A stretch of DNA of 63,541 bases, filler included, from Octopus bimaculoides (taxonomy: Eukaryota), in assembly GCF_001194135.2 (NCBI RefSeq). It is 8 parts of 6 records of this genome, joined end to end, with 100 filler letters (N's around TTAATTAATTAA, not from the genome) between each part and the next. Parts side by side here need not be neighbours in the genome. Positions count along the whole stretch, not along the records: positions 49,812 to 56,308 come from NC_068986.1; positions 56,409 to 60,821 come from NC_068985.1; positions 60,922 to 63,541 come from NW_026297440.1; 5 more parts are not named here. One strand, 5' to 3'. Each line of letters begins with the position of its first letter. The first letter of the stretch is position 1. A model generated the notes under the pieces. The model ran no database searches and had not been told where the DNA came from. It saw only the letters and a list, made by a program, of their open reading frames with translations. Below, in pieces: positions 51,167-63,541 of this stretch. A program made the position numbers and the translations under genes.

Positions 51167-51990
51167 NNNNNNNNNNNNNNNNNNNNNNNNNNNNNNNNNN
51201 NNNNNNNNNNNNNNNNNNNNNNNNNNNNNNNNNNNNNNNNNNNNNNNNNNNNNNNNNNNNNNNNNNNNNNNNNNNNNNNNNNNNNNNNNNNNNNNNNNNN
51301 NNNNNNNNNNNNNNNNNNNNNNNNNNNNNNNNNNNNNNNNNNNNNNNNNNNNNNNNNNNNNNNNNNNNNNNNNNNNNNNNNNNNNNNNNNNNNNNNNNNN
51401 NNNNNNNNNNNNNNNNNNNNNNNNNNNNNNNNNNNNNNNNNNNNNNNNNNNNNNNNNNNNNNNNNNNNNNNNNNNNNNNNNNNNNNNNNNNNNNNNNNNN
51501 NNNNNNNNNNNNNNNNNNNNNNNNNNNNNNNNNNNNNNNNNNNNNNNNNNNNNNNNNNNNNNNNNNNNNNNNNNNNNNNNNNNNNNNNNNNNNNNNNNNN
51601 NNNNNNNNNNNNNNNNNNNNNNNNNNNNNNNNNNNNNNNNNNNNNNNNNNNNNNNNNNNNNNNNNNNNNNNNNNNNNNNNNNNNNNNNNNNNNNNNNNNN
51701 NNNNNNNNNNNNNNNNNNNNNNNNNNNNNNNNNNNNNNNNNNNNNNNNNNNNNNNNNNNNNNNNNNNNNNNNNNNNNNNNNNNNNNNNNNNNNNNNNNNN
51801 NNNNNNNNNNNNNNNNNNNNNNNNNNNNNNNNNNNNNNNNNNNNNNNNNNNNNNNNNNNNNNNNNNNNNNNNNNNNNNNNNNNNNNNNNNNNNNNNNNNN
51901 NNNNNNNNNNNNNNNNNNNNNNNNNNNNNNNNNNNNNNNNNNNNNNNNNNNNNNNNNNNNNNNNNNNNNNNNNNNNNNNNNNNNNNNNNN

Positions 51991-52370
51991 GCTTACCAAC
52001 CACATGGTTCCGGATTCAGTCCCACTGCGTGGCACCTTGGGCGAGTGTCTTCTACTATAGCCTCGGGCCGACCAAAGCCTTGTGAGTGGATTTGGTAGAC
52101 TGAAACTGAAAGAAGCCCGTTGTATATATGTATATATATATATATGTATGTGTGTTTGTGTGTCTGTGTTTGTCCCCCCCCACCATCGCTTGACAACAGA
52201 TGATGGTGTGTTTACGTCCCCATAACTTAGCAGTTTGGCAAAAGAGACTGATAGAATAAGTACTAGGCTTCCAAAGAATAAGTCCTGGGGTCGATTTGCT
52301 CGACTGAAGGCAGTGCTCCAGCATGGCCACAGTCAAATGACTGAAACAAGTAAAAGAGTAAAAGAGAAAG
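51991..52370 (+). mobile_element. Family A SINE in the ABCB intron; further partial copies at about 10240-10650, 19885-20045, 31201-31360 (-), 38759-38935, 49393-49711
   Basis: Shared CACCTTGGGC(A/G)AGTGTCTTCTACTATAGCC and GGAAACTGAAAGAAGCCCGT segments. Confidence 0.85.
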
Positions 52371-52500
52371 AGTATACAGGGTAATTTGGCTGTTATTTCT
52401 AGGAGAGTGAATGACTATTTTGTACCTTCATTTGTAATCCTATTCTGTTTATATAAATATACTAGCTTAAAAGCTGCCTGATAGGGTGGCTTTTCTTTAC

Positions 52501-52711
52501 TAACCTGGCTGAAACCACCTCTGGGGTCTGTAGTACAAATGTCTTGTTTTCATAAGTTCTGAATTAAAATCTTCCACCAAACCTTAGTCACAATTAATAT
52601 TCCTAACACTAGTTGAATGATAACTATGTTATTTTACTAAATTCTTTGTTATATTTAAAATTAATTGAAAGAAACACAGAGCATCTCAATATAAATATGG
52701 TAACAAAAGGG
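52501..52711 (+). mobile_element. Second, 5'-truncated tandem copy of the piggyBac MITE
   Basis: Close match to 52758-52964 and ends AAAAGGG|TTAA; lacks the left TIR. Confidence 0.8.
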
Positions 52712-52742
52712 TTAAAATATATAATAGACAAACAATTCTTAA

Positions 52743-52964
52743 CCCTTTCGATACCAACCCGGCTGAAACCACCCCTGGCTCTGTAGTACAAATGTCTTGT
52801 TTTCAAAAGTTCTGAATTAAAATCTTCCACCAAACCTTAGTCACAATTTATGTTCCTAACACTAGCTTAATAATAACTAAGTTATTTTACCTAATTCTTT
52901 GTTATATTTAAAACTAATTGAAAGAAACACAGAGCATCTCAAAATAAATACTGTAACAAAAGGG
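52743..52964 (+). mobile_element. piggyBac-type MITE, 222 bp
   Basis: TTAA|CCCTTTCGATAC ... GTAACAAAAGGG|TTAA: TTAA target duplication with CCC/GGG termini. Confidence 0.85.
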
Positions 52965-53059
52965 TTAAGGCCAGTTTTTACCTGCCAAGCTGTTGATTAG
53001 CTTTGAGGGCTCCCTGATTGACTGCTACCTCTTCTATTCAACCAACATCTTGGCCTACA

Positions 53060-54300
53060 TTGGTGTCATTATTTTTTAAAGACTGTGTTTTAAGGGAGAT
53101 TTGGTTGTTAATTCTAGTGATTCAAGTACCTAAGTAGTGGTTGTCCCTTCATTGGTTCTAAATGGTTCAAAACTAATTCTCCTGATTCACAGATCAATTT
53201 CTTATTTTCTATTTCTTTCTTTTTACTATTTTCTTCATGTTTTTCTCTCCTCAGGTGGCTTTCACATTAAAACCTTAAATCCGTCTTGGTTTCGTAAGCA
53301 GATTGCAATGGTTGGCCAAGAACCGACCCTGTTTGCTTGCTCCATCAAAGACAATATAGCTTTTGGACGAGACTCAACTCCAGAAGAGGTACACGTGCCT
53401 TTCCTTTTTCTTTTCTTTTCTCTGTTTGTTTGTTTGGTTTTGTTGTTTTTCATTGCTGTTTCCATCAGTGGCATTATTCTTTATGTTCAACTACAAGTCA
53501 ACCATAATCTCAGAGACCTTACTTGAAGTAAGGGTTAGTGACAGTAAGGGCGTCTAGCTGTAAAACAACGCTTCTATAATATGTATTCATCTAACCAATG
53601 CTAGTATAGAAAAATGGATGTAAAACAAACAAATGAATGAACACACACACACACTCTTTCTTTATTCCATTCAGCCATTGTTGATTTACTGTTGGATGAA
53701 AGCCTCAGTAAAAATTGCTGTTATTTAGCCCCAGGTCAGCACTAAGTAAACACACTTTTCACTCAAACACATTCTGTCCACGACCATCACTTCTATTATT
53801 CAGATATATTCTATCAATGACCATATTAGCCTTCCTGTGTATATTCTTTCTTAACACTGTAGGATCTAGTTTGAGGGCAATTTGGCTGTTATCTCTAACC
53901 AGTCAAAGAAGCATACAGAGATTTCCTTGTTCATTCATTATTTATTTGTTGCTTAACCACCTATCATCCCTGATCAAAGACATTCCCACCATGGCCATCC
54001 CATATAACTATTATCCAATGTATCCTTTCTGTTTTAAAACTGTAGTTTGTATGATTTGAGGGAGATTTGGTCGTTGCTTTCAGCAGGCCTAGCAATCACA
54101 TGGAGACTTGTTTAGCCCCATGGCTTACCCTCATGGAACCAACCCATGATCAAATGATATTTCAACTACGACCATCTCTTATGGTTTTCAAGCATAGTTT
54201 ATCTTGGACTACAACACCTGATATGTCCTTCATTTTTTAAAGACAGTAATGTTTGATTTGAAAGAGATTTAACTGCTTTATCTAGCAGTGTGAGTGACAT
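53060..54300 (+). repeat. Degenerate dispersed repeat (family D), about 190-bp period in its last units, surrounding ABCB exon 53255-53388
   Basis: GATTTGAGGGAGATTTGGCTGCTATTTCTAGCAG-like motif near 53090, 53870, 54055 and 54250. Also near 1300, 1495, 10700, 10880, 14745, 21915 and 52380. Confidence 0.65.
53255..53388 (+). CDS. ABCB transporter NBD exon with Q-loop
   Basis: Pyrimidine tract + ctcag|GT acceptor (phase 1); donor GAG|gtacac; 134 nt. Encodes (G)GFHIKTLNPSWFRKQIAMVGQEPTLFACSIKDNIAFGRDSTPEE. Confidence 0.93.
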
Positions 54301-54599
54301 TAATTTGTTTTGGAGGTCGAATATGGACGGTGGGGGTGTTCTAGAAGGGAGCAGTTATCGGGAGGAAAGGGTCTTGGAATAACTTTCCATTGGTAAATCA
54401 ATCACACTGTATCTCTCTCTTTCTTTACATCATCATCACCATCATCATCATGTTCATCATTATTACATCACCACTATCATCATCATCATCATCATCACCA
54501 TCATCATCATGTTCATCATTATTACACCACCGCTATCATCATCGTCAGCATCATTATGATGTTCATTATTACAATACCACCATCATCGTCATCACCACT

Positions 54600-54630
<31 letters not shown>

Positions 54631-54809
54631 CCACCACCACCACCACCACCACCACCACCACATTCATTGATATTACCCCATGACTATCAGGATCGTCATC
54701 ATCATAATTTATCAGATCCTCCGCCTTCTCCTCCTAAACCCTTCATTACATTACATCCATGTTGACCCCTAACTAATAAACTGTGTCTGTGCCTAATTGT
54801 TCGTTGCAG

Positions 54810-54980
54810 ATTGTCGATGCTGCCAAAAAGGCCAATGCCCATGACTTCATCATGTCCTTTGAAGATGGCTACGATACCCTTGTAGGGGAACGAGGAGTTC
54901 GTCTATCTGGCGGTCAGAAGCAGAGAGTAGCCATTGCCCGAGCGTTGATTATGAATCCTTCTTTGTTATTACTCGATGAG
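54810..54980 (+). CDS. ABCB transporter NBD exon with signature motif and Walker B
   Basis: ttgcag|ATT acceptor, GAG|gtaagt donor, 171 nt, phase 0-0, in frame with the previous exon. Encodes [57 protein letters not shown]. Confidence 0.96.
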
Positions 54981-55000
54981 GTAAGTTGCTTTATGTCTCA

Positions 55001-55247
55001 GACAAGGGGACACCATCTCTCCCCCAAAGCTCTTTGACTGCATCTCTAGAAATGGTCATCGAGGCCATGTTGACTGGACACGGGATGTGAACATTAATGG
55101 TTAGCAACGAACGTAATTCCGATTCACAGATGACATTGGTACTCATTGCTGAAGCCACAGACCAATTGCAGGCCATGCTGACTGAGCTGGACACTCATAG
55201 CTTAGCTTTAAATCTTAAAATGAGCTGGATGCAAACAAAATATATGC
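55001..55247 (+). mobile_element. RTE-type RT fragment inside the ABCB intron
   Basis: [14 protein letters not shown] and LIAEATDQLQAMLTELDTHSLALNLKMSWMQTKYM across frameshifts. Begins about 20 nt after the donor at 54981. Confidence 0.75.
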
Positions 55248-55248
55248 A

Positions 55249-55277
55249 TTATTATTATTATTGTTGTTATTATTATT

Positions 55278-55319
<42 letters not shown>

Positions 55320-55489
55320 CTTCTTCTTCTTCTTCTTCTTCTTCTTCTTCTTCTTCTTCTTCTTCTTCTTCTTCTTCTTCTTCTTCTTCTTCTTCTTCTT
55401 CTTCTTCTTCTTCTTCTTCTTCTTCTTCTTCTTCTTCTTCTTCTTCTTCTTCTTCTTCTTCTTCTTCTTCTTCTCATCATCATCATCAT
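55249..55489. repeat. Compound trinucleotide microsatellite (TTA)/(TTG)/(TTC)/(TCA)
   Basis: About 50 uninterrupted TTC units after a TTG run. Representative of the many (TA)n, (TG)n, (AG)n and (TATC)n tracts across the window. Confidence 0.95.
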
Positions 55490-55785
55490 TAAGGCAGTGA
55501 GCTAGCAGAATCGTTAGCACGCCGGGTGAAATGCTTAGCCATATTTCGTCTGCCATTACATTCTGAGTTCAAATTCCGCCGAGGTCGGCTTTGCCTTTCA
55601 TCCTTTCGAGGTTGATAAATTAAGTACCAGTTACACACTGGGGTCGATGTAATCGACTTAATTCCTTTGTTTCTTCCCTCTATCTTTAGCCAGCTGGAGA
55701 TGATGTCTCCTGGAGCTAAAATTACAGTAATGATGTGTTGTGAAGTGAATGATAAAATATTTCCCTGGTGAATTGTTGTTTACAG

Positions 55786-55908
55786 GCTACGAGTGCTTTG
55801 GATGCGGAGAGCGAACATTTGGTACAGCAAGCCATTGACAGAGCATTGGTTGGTCGAACAGTGATTGTCATTGCACATCGGTTGTCAACAGTGAGAAACG
55901 CAGCACAG
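55786..55908 (+). CDS. ABCB transporter NBD exon with D-loop and H-loop
   Basis: ttacag|GCT acceptor, CAG|gtaatg donor, 123 nt, phase 0-0. Encodes [41 protein letters not shown]. The terminal exon was not found. Confidence 0.96.
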
Positions 55909-56449
55909 GTAATGGCTTCTACTTCTGTTAACACTATGGTTAAGTTTTGGGGAGGCATCCTATACACACACACATGTGTGCGTGTGCCTATATATGTATA
56001 GGTATATTTATATATATCAATATATTATAAATTAACTACCAACAAAAATAATTGGTAAGCTAACTCAAAAAATCATCACCAAAATAGCAGAAAAATCGAC
56101 TGTGAAGGTATGTAGACTCCTCAAGAATCGATCCTTTTGGTTATAATAATAAGAAGAAAAGAGTTATGAGTGTGTTTTTTCTGGTGTTATATTTGTTTTT
56201 CCTGAGGATGTGTAAAGGAATTTTGATTTATTAAGTCTCTTAATGAATCTTTTCTTTGTACAGAAATATATATTGAAGATAAATATGTTCATTTAATGTA
56301 TATGGTTTNNNNNNNNNNNNNNNNNNNNNNNNNNNNNNNNNNNNNNNNNNNNTTAATTAATTAANNNNNNNNNNNNNNNNNNNNNNNNNNNNNNNNNNNN
56401 NNNNNNNNATATATATATATACATACACACATGTGTGCGTGTGTGAGAG

Positions 56450-56502
<53 letters not shown>

Positions 56503-56539
56503 ATTGCTACTTCTTATCAGATGAGCGCCGACTCATCCT

Positions 56540-57540
56540 TGAACTTGCACGATCATATCCACGCAGGTGGCTTTTAGCTCTTGTTCAGCAGGAACATTCA
56601 CAAATGTGACATTTTTCGGTACCGATGTACTGCGACGCGCGCATCGGTAGAATCATCTCTTTGGTTCATGCGTCTTTAGATGGTCGATGAACCCTGCCTT
56701 TGAGAGGAGAAGAATCATAGGCACGCATTGCATCTCCATACCTGCTGTGTTTCTGCAATCCCTGCATTTGGATCCCGCTTGTAGAGCGAACCTTTCAAAG
56801 CAGCGTGCTCCATTAACTTTTGTTCAAAGATGTCACATCTGTAATTGATAGCCACGTCCCATGATGAGCGGCTGTCAACTGAATGTCTCCCAGATATCCA
56901 TATCGATTTCTAGAACTTTAAGGTTGCCTTTTATGACATCCTTTAACCATTTTCTTGGTTTGTGTTGAAACATTTTGCTTTAGGTTAGTTCCTTATAAAA
57001 TATCTGTTTGAGTACCCTTCTGTCTTCCATCTTGACGACATGACTAGCCCAACGCATATAGCTCAAAATGATCCTTTTCTCTATAATGATGCTGCCAACC
57101 TTCTTAAATACAACAAAATAAGGTGTGTTGGAGGACCACTTTATGTTCAGGATGTTCCGGATTCAATGATGTAATATTTCCAACTGCTCGATACGATAAC
57201 TAAGCTGTCCATGTTTCTCATCCGAATAACAGGGCTGTAAGAACACAGGCATCATACACAGCGAGCTCTGTATCTCTCGTGACATCCCAATCTAACCAGA
57301 TTCGCTTCTCGAGTTTCCTGAATGTATCACTAACTTTCGCAATCCTGTGATTTGTTTCAGTGTCAAGGGTCTCTACTAAGCGTACTTTCAAGGTACACAA
57401 AGCTTTCCACTACTTCTAGTCTTTTTCCTCACACAAAAATGATAGGCTTTAAATGCATTTTCTCAGCTGCTGGAATGTGCATGACCTTTGTCTTTTTTAT
57501 GTCAAATGCTGAGCATATTGTATTTATCTATATGGCATGG
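56540..57540 (-). mobile_element. RTE/BovB-like LINE 3' half, degenerate
   Basis: Minus-strand translation gives IKKTKVM, EVVESFVYLESTLS, ETNHRIAKVSDTFRKLEKRIW, VYDACVLTALLFG and RWASHVVKMEDRRVLKQIFY, plus a remnant C-terminal Cys/His segment. Confidence 0.8.
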
Positions 57541-57713
57541 TGAGTCTGTCCTTCAAGACTAGGTAGATACAAGGTTGTAAATATTGGATAAAAAGAGTGG
57601 CTCGAACTCAGGATTTTTGTAGACATGACAGACGTTCTACTATTGGATCAAAGTAACCCTTCGAATTCTTATGACGTTAATAATGTATATATGTGTATGT
57701 ATGTGTATACTTA

Positions 57714-57783
<70 letters not shown>

Positions 57784-57935
57784 AGAAGCATGTAAGTCGT
57801 GAACTTCATGCTCATAATTATGTACACAGATTTTATTAGTATATACTCAGTTCTGGGTGTGTGTATTGATATATCCGCATATACATATATTTAGATGTAT
57901 ACAATATGATATGATATTTACATCTATCTGTCTAT

Positions 57936-57983
<48 letters not shown>

Positions 57984-58839
57984 TTACATGCAGAAAGTAA
58001 ACGATTAATTTTGCAATTATATATGCACATTTCATTTGCATATTTATACACACGCATCGGTTTCTGTATGTTCATCTCACTTAATGAGCTTATGCATTTA
58101 GATAAACATTCAAGTAACAACACACAATTATATGGAATTACACGCAAACACGCAAACGCATACGCATATATACTGAAGAAGATAGATACATATATATTCG
58201 TATGTGCGCGAGTTTCATTTACCGCTATATTTCCCATCACATAACCTCGCTCCAATAATAATGCATAATAAACAGTTTTTGGAAAGTTGCTGAGTAAGTA
58301 ATCAATATATTTGTACCTTTCCTAACCTCCAGCATCATTTCCACTTTGTGTGAAGTATTAGTTGTCTGTCAATAATCGATCAGGAAATAGAAGAAAAAAT
58401 ATCTGTAACAGTTTTATCATATGTTGACGAACTATTCTTCGTTTTCATGTTTCTTGCCTTGTGTTTTGTTATTTAAAAATCTTAATGTTTTATTTATTTA
58501 GTTTTATGTATTTTTTTAAAATCTTCATTTTTAAAAAAATGAAAATAAAAAGATAAATCAGCCAATATTAATAATAACAGAAAAAAACAGTCGTTCGATA
58601 TTTAGTATGTTTTTATTTATTAATGTATTTATACTTTTGTAAGTACTGTTTAGAAAATGGTAAACTTCCATAAAAATAGAATTTGCGATACGGTTTCTAT
58701 TCCGAGCTAGGATATTTCACTTTAGCCGAGAAAGTTTGATTGTCACAAATTCGTGTAGTTCTTTTCATCAAACAATATCTTTTATCAAAGACAAAAGGAA
58801 TGTTTTTCTTTTTTGGTTTTAGAAACTTCTATAAATATT

Positions 58840-59709
58840 ACTAGCTGACGTACCCGCTGATTCCAGGAAAAGTGGAGCTTATTCCTTGGTTCTGTTCTCA
58901 TAATTGTTTCGCTAATCCAGTAACAACAATACAAAGTGTGTAACCCTTAAAACGGTTGTTGTACATTTACAGAGAACAGCGAACTGTCTTACACAGGATC
59001 TTGTTTTTAGGAATTCCCAATAAGTTAGGAATACCCAAATTGTGAAATCAGTTATTTAATGACATGAAATGAGTTACCCGATTGTAAGAATTCAAATAAA
59101 GTAGCCCCGAAAAGGGCTTTAATGCGTTCCCTGAGTATATAGAACTTAGGAGGAAATACCAATGAGGTATGTATACTAAAATCGTGAAATGTAACGTAAT
59201 AACAGGCGAACCGGATATTGGATGATAACAATTCAAAGTAAATAACTCTGAAAAGGGCTTTTGTGCATTGCCAGAGAATATTGCCCTCAGCGGCGCTAGT
59301 GCTGGTATATTTGTGAATAAGTCACTAACCGAAATAAGTGGATCTATTGTTTAGAAAAATACTATTTACTTGTTTAAGGGTTGTACTGGATAAATTGCGA
59401 AAATAACTTTAACAGTTCAAATACTAAGAAATAAGCATACTCAATTTGATTTATACTAAATAATTTAGGAAAATGAATGGGTTATTTCTCTTGGATGTTA
59501 AAATGAAATATATTAGATATATAAGGATCCCTTCCAGGGGCCATATTAATCGATTTTTTTTCAACAATATGAGTATGCCATGAGGTTTCCAGACATGAGT
59601 TCTACACAAGTATCAAGTTTCATCAAAATCGATAAAACGATGTAGGAGGAGTTAACTAGCAACTCCACAAGCACACCCACAGACAGAATTTTCCACATAT
59701 GTTTTAGAT
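58840..59709 (+). mobile_element. Non-autonomous Helitron/Helentron-like element (Lep1/DINE-1-like architecture)
   Basis: Starts ACTAGCTGACGTACCCGC. Ends with AAGTTTCATCAAAATCG...ACAGACAGAATTTTCCACATATGTTTTAGAT, resembling remembered ends of such elements. Contains an internal imperfect repeat at about 140-bp spacing (AATTCAAA..GAAAAGGGCTTT at 59091 and 59231). Confidence 0.55.
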
Positions 59710-61112
59710 TTCTCATCTCACTAAATGATATATCTTAATTAGAAACATAGACTTCCGAAGAAAAAAATATCACTTCTCACGTAATTTCAATGCAGAACTG
59801 CGAGATTTTGAATACGACGTTGTAATCTTTAGGGCTGTATTTATATAGATAATAATTATTATTTCAATTTTATGCCACAAGGGCATCTTGGAGGAGGTGT
59901 GGATGAGTCAATTACATCGACCCCTTTCCCCAAAATTTCGGGTCTTGTGCCTAGAGTAGAAAAAGATATCTAAGTAGGGCGTTCCGAATATATTTGCTTT
60001 TATGTTGAAAATATAGAGGAATCCAAATTTAGCCTCATGTTAGCATGGTAAAGATTATCCTATCAGAGAATTAGTTAAAATATGCTGTAAATTATTTTTC
60101 TGTAAATTTTTAGGTAATATTCTTCGCGTCAAACTTAAAGTGAATGTTATAAACATACTATTTTGACAACACTAAAAATCTTCTATACATCAATTAGTCC
60201 AGGCATTTTTCCCCTGCCGTCAATGTAAAGGTCCAGGAGACAGCTGAAGACGAAATTTACTAAAATGTGACACATAAAACTGAAGAGTCGTAAAAAAAAG
60301 CAGCAGTAATCTAGGTTTTCTTACAGGCGAAATATTTGCATGATTCAGAACTTCTAAACTACTTATATGTTTAGATAACATGCGTGAATCAAGATATGAC
60401 GATGATAAGAATTTGGCGAAAAGTTGATGCAAGAAAGTGTGATAAGAACAAGAAGTACAATTTTTGGTTGATATATAGATATATTCGCATGTTCCTGGAA
60501 GGAACTTCTCTTTATGTAAGATAAGGGAAATTTAATAATTTTCAAGGAACTTTCAATTATAGAGAAATGTGTATTTGTAGAATATGAAGGAAAAAGGTGC
60601 GAGGAAGGAAAAGTGTGTTAATAAAGTCATCCGTTCTCCGATAAAACGTGAGACTGAATGTTATTTTGAGCAATAAAACTTCAGAAAAATTATTTTGATA
60701 ATTTTGATAGTTACATTCGATATTTTTGAAATGTTTCAAATATACGAATGCATGATTTGTCATATTTCAAGTTCAATTTTACACAAACACACACACACAC
60801 ACACACGCATATATATATATANNNNNNNNNNNNNNNNNNNNNNNNNNNNNNNNNNNNNNNNNNNNTTAATTAATTAANNNNNNNNNNNNNNNNNNNNNNN
60901 NNNNNNNNNNNNNNNNNNNNNAACCACCACCACTACTACTACCACTACCACGAACAAAACCTACATACACCCACGCAAGCACAAAACAAGCGCAAACACG
61001 CAAACTTACACACAAACACATATACATTTAACAAGCACACATATGCAATAACATACGCAGACAAAGAAACCCACACACTCACACACGCACAACTACACAC
61101 AAATATATATAA

Positions 61113-61149
<37 letters not shown>

Positions 61150-61559
61150 CACACAAACACACAGACACACAAACACACATATACATATAACTAAACCAAC
61201 AAATTGAACAGGCAAATCACAGATACGGTAGTTTTCATAATTTATTTGAGTTTCTCCTTGATATCACGAGGATGGATTGATATATCGTGTGATGTGTAAA
61301 CCAGTCCGATTGGACAATATGTTCAAACTGGGCTGTAACTCGTCTAATAATTCGATATATTACGATGGACATAATAGCGATTAGGTCTACGATTTCTGTG
61401 TTTTTTTTTTATTCTTTTCGTATGCAGTTTTTTGTTTTAGTTTCATTTTCTTTATCTGTTAATAGTATTTTTTTTTAATTATCTTTTTTTTTGCATTGTT
61501 TTGCTGTTACCTCAATTTCTCTTTGACTATCGTAATTAAAAAAACAAAACCCAAATGTT

Positions 61560-61605
<46 letters not shown>

Positions 61606-63541
61606 ATGCATGCATGTATGTATGCATATGCATGTATGAATGAAATTATACAAACACACACACACATACACACACACGNNNNNNNNNNNNNNNNNNNNNN
61701 NNNNNNNNNNNNNNNNNNNNNNNNNNNNNNNNNNNNNNNNNNNNNNNNNNNNNNNNNNNNNNNNNNNNNNNNNNNNNNNNNNNNNNNNNNNNNNNNNNNN
61801 NNNNNNNNNNNNNNNNNNNNNNNNNNNNNNNNNNNNNNNNNNNNNNNNNNNNNNNNNNNNNNNNNNNNNNNNNNNNNNNNNNNNNNNNNNNNNNNNNNNN
61901 NNNNNNNNNNNNNNNNNNNNNNNNNNNNNNNNNNNNNNNNNNNNNNNNNNNNNNNNNNNNNNNNNNNNNNNNNNNNNNNNNNNNNNNNNNNNNNNNNNNN
62001 NNNNNNNNNNNNNNNNNNNNNNNNNNNNNNNNNNNNNNNNNNNNNNNNNNNNNNNNNNNNNNNNNNNNNNNNNNNNNNNNNNNNNNNNNNNNNNNNNNNN
62101 NNNNNNNNNNNNNNNNNNNNNNNNNNNNNNNNNNNNNNNNNNNNNNNNNNNNNNNNNNNNNNNNNNNNNNNNNNNNNNNNNNNNNNNNNNNNNNNNNNNN
62201 NNNNNNNNNNNNNNNNNNNNNNNNNNNNNNNNNNNNNNNNNNNNNNNNNNNNNNNNNNNNNNNNNNNNNNNNNNNNNNNNNNNNNNNNNNNNNNNNNNNN
62301 NNNNNNNNNNNNNNNNNNNNNNNNNNNNNNNNNNNNNNNNNNNNNNNNNNNNNNNNNNNNNNNNNNNNNNNNNNNNNNNNNNNNNNNNNNNNNNNNNNNN
62401 NNNNNNNNNNNNNNNNNNNNNNNNNNNNNNNNNNNNNNNNNNNNNNNNNNNNNNNNNNNNNNNNNNNNNNNNNNNNNNNNNNNNNNNNNNNNNNNNNNNN
62501 NNNNNNNNNNNNNNNNNNNNNNNNNNNNNNNNNNNNNNNNNNNAGTCTTAGGATCATTCAGTCGTATGATTCAGCAACGTGTAATGAGGTGCTTTGTTCA
62601 AGAGCCAACAAAACATTTCAACCAGTCTAGAAATCGAAACCACTACATTCGTTTCTACTCTAGGCAAAAGGCCCGATATTTTGTGGGGAGGGGACCAGTC
62701 GATTAGATTGACCCTGGTATGCAACTGGTATTTGATTTATCGAACCCGAAAGGATGAAAGGCAAAGTCGACCTCGACGGAATTTGAACTCAGAACGTAAA
62801 GACAGACGAAATACCGCTAAGCATTTCGTCCGGCGTGCTAACGTTTCCGCCAGCTTGCCACTATATTACCATCATGAAAGCAACCACTAATTCACGCGCC
62901 GAAACGAATATAACACAGCATAACTTTACATAACATTACTTCACATAACATAGTATAATATAATGAAATATAATATAATAAAATATAAGATAATATGATA
63001 TAACTACATTTATAATCTAATCTAATGTAATATGATATGGTAAAGTATAATATATCATATAGATATACACAATATATATTTGACAAGGAAGAAAAAGTTT
63101 TTCAAGAAAGCAAAGGGTTTAATTGAAAGATAAGACCACAATACGATATTACATCTGTATGTGTTTGTGTGTGTATGTGTGCTCGAGTGTGTGGGTGTGT
63201 GTTTGTGTGTATATGTGTGCATGTGTGAGCGTGTGTGTGTGTGTTTGTGTATTTGTGAAAAAGAGAGATTGAGAAACAGCGTACACACACACACATAGAC
63301 ATGCATAATATATATACATATATATGCACAATATTACATGCTTATCTATATATGTGTTTATATATACATGTATATGCAAATACATATCTATATCTATATA
63401 CATACATATATATATGTATGCATGCATATGTATGTCCTATATGCTTATATATACTTAAATATATATTCAAATATATATTCGCATAAACGCATGCATACTT
63501 ATGCATATACAGGCGTACATAGATGAATTGAGGTATATATA

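Noticed and set aside
58332-58352. Strong-looking acceptor (ctaac...ctccag) downstream of the last ABCB exon
   Set aside because: The phase-0 reading HHFHFV* is unrelated to ABC C-termini.
60114-60143. ttttag|GTA ATA TTC (VIFFASNLK*) as the ABCB terminal exon
   Set aside because: It lacks the expected V.V...G.I.E.G.H pattern.
18962-60877. Recurrent TTAATTAATTAA motif as a biological repeat or piggyBac site
   Set aside because: It always sits inside N runs of standard-looking length, so it is an assembly linker.
1570-62706. Long ORFs in the track made of X runs or poly-IY/CV/HT/LS/K/S/N
   Set aside because: They arise from N gaps and microsatellites and have no coding support.

Overview
Repeat-saturated, AT-rich animal genomic DNA from a gapped draft assembly. 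Roughly 9 kb is N, and seven joins carry an artificial TTAATTAATTAA linker. The SINE families and microsatellite load suggest an Octopus/coleoid cephalopod (inference from remembered repeat families, not a search). Only one host protein-coding gene is supportable: four + strand exons (51070-55908) that splice in frame into the nucleotide-binding domain of an ABCB-subfamily ABC transporter, probably a half transporter. Its transmembrane exons and last exon were not found. One intact tRNA-Leu(UAA) lies at 29105-29187 (-). The rest is mobile DNA: CORE-type and Nin/Deu-domain SINEs, decayed RTE LINEs (one with a PHD-like C4HC3 finger in ORF2), a full-length defective DD34D mariner, a fold-back mariner derivative, Tc1/pogo, hAT, piggyBac and Helitron-like non-autonomous elements, and a decayed Penelope-like element. 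The most notable signals: (1) minimal type I hammerhead-ribozyme-like motifs in the tail of a tRNA-headed SINE (two copies head-to-head at 11983-12548) and at two other repeat tails; (2) a dimeric Nin-SINE with the same junction at three loci. Nearly all listed ORFs are microsatellite or N-gap artefacts. SINE and LINE boundaries are approximate.
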